A DNA stretch of 64,000 bases from Flectonema sp. DT1601 (lineage: Eukaryota), in the NCBI GenBank assembly GCA_964019425.1, contig OZ025783.1, positions 434,001 through 498,000 of the forward strand, written 5' to 3'. The notes under the pieces were generated by a model. It ran no database searches, had not been told where the DNA came from, and saw nothing but the letters and a program-made list of their open reading frames with translations. The position numbers were made by a program, and so were the translations under genes. Of the stretch, positions 1 to 10,699 are shown one piece after another. Positions within the stretch are counted from its first letter, which is position 1, and each line of letters opens with the position of its first letter.

Positions 1-541
1 TAGCTCTTTGTCTTTGTTCAAGTGTCACTTGTGGTGATAATACTGCTGGAGTGTAGCAAGCGATCATCATTGCTTGTTCGGTGGTGATTCCTATCTTTTT
101 AGCGATAAAAAAGACAAGTCTGATTCTCTTTCTGCAAGACTCTTCCAACACACCATGAAATGGAGTACACCAAACTGGTTTTAAATAAAAAGACAACAGA
201 GGTTCGACAAGTCCTATCTTTCTAGCATCTCTAAAAATAGCAAGTTCCCTCCGTGCAACACGAAGTGCATCGGGGGTTGGGGTGGCAGCACTCATTTTGT
301 GCAATCTGTGTTACGAAATGTTACTACAAAAAGGTTTTTATATTCCGAGATGGATTTTTTTTTTTTTTTTCCGACTGACATACGATTGCTGATAGCTTTG
401 ATTGACCTTTCTTCATCTTCAGTTCTATCATTTTAGTTTTTTTTTTTTTTTTTTAAACTTTTCTTTTTTTTTTTTTTTTTTTTTCTTTTGTAATTGTTTC
501 TTCATTGTTTCCTTTATTTTTTTATTTATTTTCGACTACTT

Positions 542-1342
542 CTACTCGTCTGCTTCCTCGACTGGAGCTGGGGCGGTGTCAACAACGATTGGCTTTTGGC
601 CTTCAGAAGATTTTGGTACGCTGTCTTTACCTCCGTGCATTTCCAAAAGACGGGTAGGGTCGAATTTAGGAGCCTTGCAAACCTTTACCTTTCTGATAAA
701 TACGTCTCTCAATGGGAAGATTCCTCCACATTCCTTCTTGATGGCGGCGGCCATTGACTCGTTTTGGAGAAGCTTAATAACTTTTTCCAACGGAGTTTTG
801 TGGACATTAGCGGTGATAACAGCGGCCATCTTTCCACGGACCTTCTTAACGTGGGAGCTCTGGCAGTGGCAGTTCTTCTTCACCTGAACACTGGATTTTT
901 TGGTGGTGAAGGCGATAGCGAAAATACGAAGAGTGTAACCGTCAGAGGTCTTTACTTCAGCCTGTCCTTCAATCAAAGTACACCACTTCTGCAACAACGA
1001 ACGCAACTTGTCAGTTGTTAGAGACATTCCGTGGAAGTTGGTGAGAACGTTACGGCCCTCAACATCGTCTCCCTTCAATTGGAACTTGAGGCACTTGTGA
1101 AGTGCGTCATCTCCCTCCATGGCGTCAGCCAAGCAAACTTCAAAAACTCTTCCCTTCAAACTGTCTGCTGCGTGGTAGGTACCCTTCGACTTGTTTGCGA
1201 TAGTCTTAGCGATCTGTCTCTTGTTAAAGGTCTGTGGAGCAATAACATCGTACCATTCCTTACCGAGCATGGTGTCTCCAAGCTTTCTCTTGGTAGATCT
1301 CTTTCCACCCTTTGACAATCTCTTGTTCTTACCGACAGCCAT
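542..1342 (-). CDS. RPS3A: 40S ribosomal protein eS1 (S3a), 266 aa, intronless
   Basis: N-terminus MAVGKNKRLSKGGK, plus KEWYDVIAP, LKGRVFEVCLAD, LTNFHGMSLTTDKLRSL, IFPLRDVFIRKVKV and KAPKFD, all diagnostic of eS1. Confidence 0.98.
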   Translation of the reverse strand: MAVGKNKRLSKGGKRSTKRKLGDTMLGKEWYDVIAPQTFNKRQIAKTIANKSKGTYHAADSLKGRVFEVCLADAMEGDDALHKCLKFQLKGDDVEGRNVLTNFHGMSLTTDKLRSLLQKWCTLIEGQAEVKTSDGYTLRIFAIAFTTKKSSVQVKKNCHCQSSHVKKVRGKMAAVITANVHKTPLEKVIKLLQNESMAAAIKKECGGIFPLRDVFIRKVKVCKAPKFDPTRLLEMHGGKDSVPKSSEGQKPIVVDTAPAPVEEADE

Positions 1343-1777
1343 TTTATAAAGTTATTTAAATAGATAGAAACTGTTGAGAATGAAAATGAATTCAAATCAA
1401 AAAACAAAAAGAAAATCTAAACCACCACGACCACCAACCTACTTGGAGGAGGATACCATCATATGAAATAAACCTGAAAAAAACACATAAATAATATTAT
1501 TACTCTCACTCGTCACTCTAACCTGTTTATACCACGAGATGAATAGATAACTTCATTCACCAAAAGGATGATATCCAAATCGATAGGTGAGTACAAGTAC
1601 CCAATTATAAGAAAACAATCATCACTTTGAAAGAGAGGATGAGTGAGACTGACAACAGATACAGTCATCGGTTGAAGGAAGAACAAAAAGAAAAAAAGAA
1701 GAAGGGGAAAAAAAAAATGCAGTTTACTTTTCTTAAAAGGAAAGAACTGCCAGAATAAAACTGTGAAATTTATTTTA

Positions 1778-1946
1778 GAGAAAACCCTATAATTCCACGC
1801 AAATGTTACCGAAATATCTGATCTCAACTTCCTCAAGTTTCCGAAACGTACAGCTCCGTAAACTATTTTGTGTGGAGCTGTCCATTTCGGAAACTTTTGT
1901 GTTGAGATCGGACATTTCAGAAATTTGTGGAATTATAGGTTTTCCC
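1778..1946. mobile_element. ~170-bp foldback (hairpin) MITE, possibly Mutator/Foldback type
   Basis: The whole segment is an imperfect inverted repeat: GAGAAAACCCTATAATTCCAC...GTGGAATTATAGGTTTTCCC, with inner pairs GATCTCAAC/GTTGAGATC, AAGTTTCCGAAA/TTTCGGAAACTT and CAGCTCC/GGAGCTG. Flanks tttatttta and tttcatttta may be a degenerate 8-9-bp TSD, but they are low complexity. Confidence 0.7.
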
Positions 1947-4600
1947 TTTCATTTTATTTTATTATTGAAACTGGCTAAATAGAAATGGCAACAAGCGATA
2001 AAAAAAAAAGTAATAAAATGAACCTACTTTGTACAACTTATCAGCATCATCACACAGTCTAGCGTGTGGTCTGAAAAGTGGAACACAACGTCGGAAAGCT
2101 ACCTCAAACTGGTTAAGAAAAATAACAAAAGAAATTCTTTTAAAATTCTTCGAAACAAACACAGGGTTCTTTTATCCAATGCAAGTTTTGCAAAAAAAAA
2201 ATTATTATTTCTTTCACACCAGAATAACGTCACAAGAACGTAACAATAAGTATAATAAAAAAAAAACTAAAAAAAAAAGAAAAAAGAAAAATATAAACTG
2301 CTTGGAGATCGCCACGCAAATACGGGAGAGACTTCATCCTAGCGGATACTTCTTTTCGAGTCACTGTCTATTGTAAGGTTGAAAAAAATCAACAACCAGT
2401 GGTACTGTAGACAGTTCTCTATTTGTGAGAGCCTTGTAGAAATCCCTTAAATTTCTGTCAGACTGTCACATGGACGCCTAACACAAAATATTACAGATTC
2501 TAAAGAAATGTTCTTTAACAACAACGTGAGAATAAAATAATTTTAACGGAAAGGAGTGCAAATATTCTGGTGGAGTTGGGGTACATAAGAAAGACCATCT
2601 GTGATATAAATAACTTATTTCATATCAAAAAAAAAAAAAAAAAAAAAAGAGAGAGAGAGAGAAAGAGAGAAAGAGAGAAAGAAAACAGGAGATAGTGATA
2701 TTTTTTTTTTTTTTTTTAAATGCCAAATTTAATACAAGTCACTAAATGCTACCTACTACTAGTGGATAAGAATCCAGTACAACAATACAGGGACAGCACA
2801 GGTAAACAGTAATCACTATTAGCAAAAAAAAAAAACATTTATCAAAGATACTGAAATTCAGCCTCGAATGAGTATAACAGAATAAATAACAATATAACAA
2901 CTGGAAAGAAAAAAAAAGAAAAAAGGAAACTAAGAACTAAGAAATAAAGAAATAAAGAAACAAAAAAAAAAAAAAAAAAAAAGAACACTTAGCTTTTGGG
3001 TATTTTAAATATAGATAGCGTCCGCGGTAAAATAAAATGTTTTCACGTAGGTGACTAACGATGATGAATGATAAGTAAACCGGAATTTCATACCCCTTTA
3101 TAATTGGAACTTAAAGCTGCTACACTTTGACCAAAACAAGACATACGAGATGCTGTAATATAACTCATTTCACTTTGGAATTATTCTCGTGAATTTCTGC
3201 GGGAAGAAGAAGAAGAAAAAGAAGAGAAAAAAATCGTGTGGATTTTTTTTTTACTCACAAGATTGCTTTTTTTGTGGAAACAGGAAATCCCTAACAAGGA
3301 AAAAGATTTATCTTTTTAGATTGAATCCTTATTTTTTTTTTTTTTTTTTTGGATGAAATCTGAAGACACTCCCCGTTGAAGACTTTACTGACTCAGCCTG
3401 TTTTATTTTTATTCTTTTTTCTTTAAACAAAATAGCTCCCTCTGCAACCTAATTCACTCTTTTACACTTATCTCCTCACAGTCAGCAATGAAACACTTCT
3501 CCCACAAGGAAATCAAACTGAGAACAAAACTCATTGCCTACAGAGGGGTGAGCTCAGTACTTATTCAAACAAACGTCATAAAGAGTCACTACTTGTGTAC
3601 CAATGCAAGTAGTCGAAGGTCAGAGAAAAAAGTTGGCTTATAACTTGCTCGCCAAATTAGTTTTCTTTATAATACTGTGAATAGACTTCTCGTGAATTTA
3701 GGCAAAAGTTCATAGATTTTTTTTCTTTTCTTTTTTTCCCTCAACAAGTTTGCTTTGTTCAGTTAGAATTAGACTTTCTTACACTAAATTATTTATTTAT
3801 TTTATTAAAATCAAAGCACTTGTTTTTCAGGGTACGCAAGACCAGAACAAGATAATAAAAAAAAATTAAAAACGAGAGGAGATGCTCAGCAAAAGTGGAG
3901 ATCCGGCTAGAAAAAAATAAACAAAATTTATTTTTTTCTATTTCATAAACTCTCTCATGAAACAATCACACGTTATCATGTGCCACTATATCACGAAAGA
4001 AAAAAAAATCAACCCTAAGTGTCGCAAAGCATTAATATTGCAAAGGGGCTTACAGAAGGATCTAAAAAAGTTGTTGGACAACACTAGTAACTATACCAAT
4101 CTGTAAGGGAACAAAATCGGGTAAAGGTAGACAGTATTTTTGAATCTTATGAAATATTTTTAGCAAAGGAAATTTTTTTTTTGATCAGAACAATTCTATT
4201 GAAGAAAGATTCTGAAATTCTTTTTTTGAAAAAAAAAGTTCTGAGATTTTCCCAGAACTGTTAAGTTTGATTTTATTTATTTTACGAAGCCCAGGAACAC
4301 ATCATCTTTACGACTTGAGTAGTGACACGCAGGGCTTTAAACACCCAAACATGGGGGAAAAAAGAGAAAAAAGAGAGAGAGAGAGAGAGATCGAGAAGAA
4401 AAAAAGGAGAGACAGGGAGAGAGATCGAGAGGAAAAAAAGGAGAGCTACCAAGGAACCAAGTGTAATATAATTGGGTAACTTAAAGTAATTGTTTGAGTA
4501 TTCGCTACTTTTTTTATTTTGTTTTGTTTTGGAACAGATGAAATCAGGTACATAGGCGGGTGAGAACACACAGAGCTTACAATAAAGCATAAGTCACGTT

Positions 4601-4900
4601 CTAACGAAGATTACAGGAAGTAGCAGTCTGCCTGAGTGTGAAAACTTGAGTTGAAATCAATTCCTTCACAAGAACTGCATCACTCGCAAACCAACACGAT
4701 CTGGTCAACCCCAGCAGCGGGAGGCACAGCCATAACATTGCAAGAGGAAGAATAAAGATCCAGAAGGAAGAATAGCTAAGAGTAGTCTCCAGCAGTATAG
4801 GGTTTACTAAAAATGAAAATATCCAACGAGAGCTTTCCATCAGAAATACCAAATTCGCAAAACAGAAAACCACCTCATTGAATACAATCAAAACATAAAC
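4601..4900 (-). pseudogene. possible Penelope-like reverse-transcriptase C-terminal remnant
   Basis: Joining two frames gives DGKLSLDIFIFSKPYTAGDY / LSYSSF ... LTRSCWFASD..LVKEL, which resembles the PLE RT pattern GKL.T..YRKP....YL.Y.S. It is frameshifted and short, so support is weak. Confidence 0.3.
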
Positions 4901-4983
4901 AACGTTGCTGACGACTGTCAAACGGGCATCAATAAAATAACAAGGAGAGTGACAAATCGTACAAATAATTAAAAATTGATTAA

Positions 4984-6721
4984 CCCTTTAAGCCCTGAAG
5001 GCCACTATAGTGGCCTTTCGCGTTTTTTTTTTTTTGACAAAGGGGAAAAATGTACCTTGTGAGTACAAGGGTGGAGCCAGAGCTGCCCAAAAACGACAAA
5101 TTTTATGTGGGATCGTGCTGCAAAAATCACCAGCTTTTTCTGAGAAAAAGTTCATTTTTTTTTTTCTGCACTGGGAACAGTCTTAGCCAGGTTGCCCATG
5201 ACTATCCCATGTTTTCAGCCAAAAATTAAAATCCCTAAAACTATTTCCATCGAAAATGATTCAGTAGGGTCACCTATCCCAGATTTGGGTGCTCCTGAGT
5301 CTTCTTCGAGCGATGAAAAGAGTACAATAGAGCCAAGCATTTCCCCTCTGAAATGGAGCAAGAAAATCACCAAGGTAAAACGACACACGTTTCGGCGGTC
5401 CTTGCAGGACATGTCAGACCTGAAATTGATGAAGGAACTGCAGAAATTTGAACTTGTGTTCACCCCAAAGGTGACGAGATGATTTCGCACTGCAGCAACA
5501 ACTAGGCACTCAATCTTAACGTAGCTGAACTCAAACTCTCTTTAGGACTCAATATCCTCGTGGGTCTCTGTGATAAACCAAATATCTCAGATTACAGGAA
5601 CGGTACATCAGACCCAGCGTACACACCCCACTTCGCTTCCTGAGATCAGTTCCTCTAAATTCGAACCAATCTAAAGTTTTACACTGTCACCAACCCCGTA
5701 CCTGCTGACAAGCTCTACAAAATCCACAGCTTTTGGGAAACAATAGTTCCCAAATGGTCCGAGATCAATAAGGCGGAGGCGCAGGGACGGGTGGAGAAGT
5801 TCTCTGCCTCGTACTTTCAGTCCTAGCACAATGTGCATCACATAATGCACAATGTGCATCACATATATTCAGGGGCAATCCAACAGAAGTACATGTCTTC
5901 AGCACATTGCCTCTCGAGGAGAATTATGAGACAGCCACGTGATGGACTAAAATAAGGAAATCCATCAAAAAGTGACCATCGACTTACCGGTACAGATCCA
6001 TCAGTACAACAAACTGATGGGTGGTGTTGACCTCGTAGACGGTATCAGGGGGAAGGCAAGAAGAACTCTGATGACAAAACGCTGGACCCTGAAAGTCTTT
6101 CACTACTTGTTAGAGATTCCTATCTTCAATGTTTTCACCCTCCAAAAGAAGTCTGAAAAAGACGTCGGGACATATGCTCAGTTCAAAAAAAGGCCATGTT
6201 CTCAACTTATTGGTCATGGAACACACCAAACTCACACAAAATGTCACTACCTACGAAAATTTGATATTTTTGGGGACTGCAGTTCACGGATTTGTTCTCA
6301 AAAAAAGTAAGGTCATCGACTTCTTGTTCAAAAAGCGAGGTTTTCTTATGCATGGATCCCTGCTTCGAACAATATCACGAAAATATTGACAAGTATTCAG
6401 CCCCTGTTTGCAACAACCATACCTTTGCCACACACAATCATATCCCACCGAAAAACATGAAACGGAAGCACTCTACTCCTACAACATTGCTAAAATCAAA
6501 GCGAACCCAGGGGTCCTAAGCAACAGCGTTTTTTTAGGCTGTTGTTGCATTTTCTCAAGTTATTTTGGCCCCCTTGTGGGCTGACCTCAGTTTTTTTTCA
6601 ATGCGCGGGGGGGTGTCTTTCACCCTGTAATTTTTTTGTATTTTTCCCCACACCCCTTTTCCCCTTTGTCAAATTTTTCGATTTTTCTCAAAAACAGGGT
6701 TTTTGGCCTCTTATTAGAGGG
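4984..6721 (+). mobile_element. piggyBac transposon, internally deleted and non-autonomous
   Basis: TTAA at 4980-4983 and 6722-6725. Ends read CCCTTTAA and (reverse complement) CCCTCTAA. Transposase fragments include QYNKLMGGVDLVD..TKRWTLKVFHYLLE (5972-6310) and a Cys-rich tail CSKSEVFLCMDPCFEQYH (6292-6519). Frameshifted and only 1.74 kb long. Confidence 0.9.
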
Positions 6722-8120
6722 TTAAACAAAAAAAAACACAAATCACTGGATACGAATTATTATTATAAATAATTTTAAGACAAAATGTCTTTCCGTAGAG
6801 TACCAACATCACCCTCTAAAGACCTAATCCAATAATTATAATTATTTTATTTTTCCCGACATAGTAACGAAACTCCACTCAACTACACCGAACTAAAGAC
6901 ATGGAATGGTAAGAAAAGGATTAAATCGATACGATGATCGCACAGGAAAATAAAAAACTCATTTCGAATAGAGTTAAGTAAACAATTTCGCAAAGATACT
7001 CGAAAATGAATTGTCATTCGGAAAAAAAACAAGAAAAACTACTACGGAGATATAAAAAAAAAACAACGACACTAGCGCAATAATAATTATGATGGTTTTT
7101 CAGTAAGACGACATCATCTCGCTGATGCTAAAATAACAAAACACTCAACGTGACGCTGCTTTCACAGATCCAGGGGGATGGAGTCAGGCAATACGCCATT
7201 ACCAAGGAGAAAACAACGTAAAAAATAAGGGAGAAACAAACGATCAATGAGGAAGTAAATATAATCAAAAAAAAAAGGATGCAAAGACTTCCCTTTATAA
7301 CTTTCAAGAACCTAATAATGAGTACGGGCAAGGAGTAAAGCTCACTTACGCCTCAACAAACAATGCATAAGGGGAGAAACTTCGGCCTCAGGACCACGAA
7401 AAAATAGAGTCGCAATCACTAACTAAAGCTTGACCCTATTATGGAGAATAAAAACATATGAAATGCTGCGAGGGTCTCGTCTGAAAGTAGGTTTTGAAGA
7501 AATTAAAAAAAACAAAATAAAAAGGTCGCACATAGTCTGCATCACCAAAAACACAACTAACCTGAAAGCAAGTAGCGTTCACACAAAATAAAATGAACGT
7601 GAACTTTCTTCATGTCAGCAGTGCATTGATTACCACATAAATCCAACTAATTTCCCATTTTTTTACTCGCGCAACATACAAGCAGCGGACAAAAATAATA
7701 TCTATAAAAAAAAAAAAAAAACTGATAATCAATTGCTCACTGTGGATCTGTACAACAAATTTCATCGAAAAGGGAAAAAAAAATTTAGTTGGAACTTCGT
7801 GAAAAATGAGAGGGAGAAAAAAACAAAAAAAAAAGAAAATTATTGTAACATAAAAAACAAAAAAAAAAAGGAACGGAATACAAAACGAATAACCCCCCAT
7901 AATTTTTATATAAGCTATGCTAACCAAAATTAGTTAGTTTTAATCGACCACCGAGCATTAGCCAGAACTCTCAAATGGAATCGGGTAGCTCTTAAGGGAC
8001 CCTAATACTGCAGTAGAAGACTAAACTCATCTTCTAAATAAATAAAGGATGATGGCTAAGTAGTAAAAAGAAGTAACGACAGGACAGGTTGCCCTAAATA
8101 AAAAGAAGAAATGTCTAAAC

Positions 8121-8162
<42 letters not shown>

Positions 8163-10043
8163 CCCCTTAAATGCTGGAATACAGTAGTATCTTATTTTAC
8201 AAAAACACAACAACATTTAGTAACAACTTTGTCGCGATGATTATAAACAACTAACAAAATAGAAAAAGGTTCCCTCTACAGGGTACGTAGTTATAAATAA
8301 GATAGTTGTACTTAATGAGAAATATGTATTAAAAAAAAAGGTTATAATAAAACACATTGTTCCGCTGTTCCATAAAACACTGTGGAATACGTGCCTTAAT
8401 ATTATACTTTGTTAGTTATTTAATGCAACGTTGCTGTATATCATGAGCCTCAGTGTAGTCGCAACCTCTCTTACTGATAACGAGGAAAGAATGTTAGCAG
8501 CGTATCGATGTAGTTTGTAGAATAAGACAAAAGAAGATAACATATTTACTCACAACAAGGAAAGAAGTCGGCAATATCGATGTGGGGTACCGAACAAGAC
8601 AGGGTGAAGGAATCACGTTCAGTGATATAAAATATTAAATTTATTGTCGTCATTGAACGTGTTTAGACAAGAAAGATAAATACCCCCCCTCCCCCTCTCA
8701 CAGCGGTAATGACTTGCCGCAATAAACGAATAACAACCAGACTGTACCAGTGGCTGTAAGAGCTAAACTCTTTCGTGATGAGTAAATTTTCGATTTTTTT
8801 TTTTTTTTTTTTCCCTTTCTTCCACAGAAGACGTCGTGCGGGTAACAAGAAAGAACAAAATTAAATCCGAAGGGTACCAAAAGAAGGCGTAACGTTGACG
8901 CGCAACATAACCAGTATGAGGATGTAGGGCAGAAGCTGGTTGTTGCAAAAGTGTATAAAGATCATTCAGACTATCACTGAAAACAACAAAGATAAGAATA
9001 CACAAAATTATTTTACCCCGTACGATGAAAGAAACAGTTGTGAATACCAACAACAGAATGGTACTAATCCCTTCTGTTGATATACATAACAAATTTCCTT
9101 CTAAAAAGCTTCTCTCGTCTTAGTAAATAAGGTTTGTCTGCATGTAGAAGGTACTGCTCTGAGAGAACAGATGCAACATTTCACTTCATCATGTCAGCGA
9201 GAAAACATAAAATAAAAGACGAGATTGCGAACAACAACAACAGAGTACTAAAATAATCCATATCAATATAGTATCCATCACACTGATGAAACTTTTCTTT
9301 CTTAAAATAAATAAAACATAGAAATAATAAAATAGAGAGGGCGAATAGAAAAGGAAACTCCCAATCTGTAGCGAACGTGAAAAGGTGATAGTAGCGACAT
9401 AGAATGCGCACACACAAAGAAAGACTGTGGTGGCAGTATAGAAAGGTGCTGTTTACACAGCAGACAAAAGTTAGTTGATTTCTCGTCATTTTCTGGGAAT
9501 GAGATATTGTACGAACACTCCGATTCAGAGTGAAAGTGTCGCTACTTAAAAATAATACTTACTTGGATTTCTCTTTTTTTTTTTTCTTCTTCTTCTTGTT
9601 CAAGGACAAGCGTACGTAATCTCCTTCGTCTCACAGACGAAGGAGATCACAGACGCATTTTACATGTTATAATAGACAGATAAATACTGCAGCATACTTT
9701 CATAATAGACTAACAGGGATATAACAACAAACCTTTAAAAGGTAAAGCTGAGGGTAATGTATTTTTTTCGTGAAGGAGCGGGGAGAACATGAAAAAAGAG
9801 AAACAAAGGAGAGCAACTCATTAGTATTTTTTATTACTTTTCTTGAAGGGGGTTTAACTGTTCGATTTTGTACGTAAAATATTTAATACAAATGTATTGT
9901 ATCATAAACAACTTCTTGAAGGGGGGTGATAGTATGACAACGTAAAAACAGTTATAAGGTTTAGGTATTAAAAATTAAAGTACAAAATTAATTTTAAGTA
10001 CTTCGACTGCAAAAAATAAATATTCTTTAAAGGGTGGGGACTT

Positions 10044-10289
10044 GGATAAATAAATCAAGGTTAACACGCAACAAATTAGACATGAATCATTATAACTGGA
10101 TTCTGTCCACAAAATCGCATGCTTTAAATAAACTACCAGAGAAAGAAATGCTGTCAAGTCAAAAAAAGGGGGGGGTAACTTGATACTAATATTAAATGGA
10201 AAGTAACTTGAAACTGGCAAAAACGAGAATAGGGTTCGGCCAAACCTGGTTGCAATATAAGAATCAACAGTTGGTATCGATAAAAAAAA
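10044..10289. repeat. dispersed two-module repeat (A 10044-10161, B 10168-10289)
   Basis: Both modules recur nearly identically at 29916-30022 (A) and 29626-29743 (B). Confidence 0.8.
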
Positions 10290-10699
10290 GGGGGGACCTT
10301 TGATACGATACGAAAAGATTTATAGGAAATACCACCTTCGGGGGTGAAACCTTGACAATGTAAAAACAGTAACAACTTTAGATATTAAAGAAAACAAAAT
10401 TAATATCAAGTACTTGACTGAAAATATTTGTAGTTGTCAATCAAAGAAAATTACCTTTAGAACACCTTCGGGGGGAAAGGGATTTCAAGGTATAGCTGTG
10501 TTGTGTGTGTTGTTGTTGTTTTTAATTCGAACACTTCACCAGTTTTATAAAAAAATATATTGGATTACTCCTTCAAAAAAACAAAAATCACCCACCCCCA
10601 ACCTTGACGATGAGTGAGTAAAACCAACGATACTCATCCCAAGGTGAACAGCCACCAGTTATTTCAGAGTCGAGAATTTATTTTTAACTGCTGATGTGT

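Noticed and set aside
1500..1630. Possible box C/D snoRNA upstream of RPS3A (GTGATGA on minus strand)
   Set aside because: No properly placed CTGA D box or terminal stem.
2630..8162. Poly-A/poly-T runs, (GA)n tracts at ~2650-2680 and ~4360-4440, and the Phe/Lys-rich ORFs they create
   Set aside because: Ordinary low-complexity intergenic sequence.
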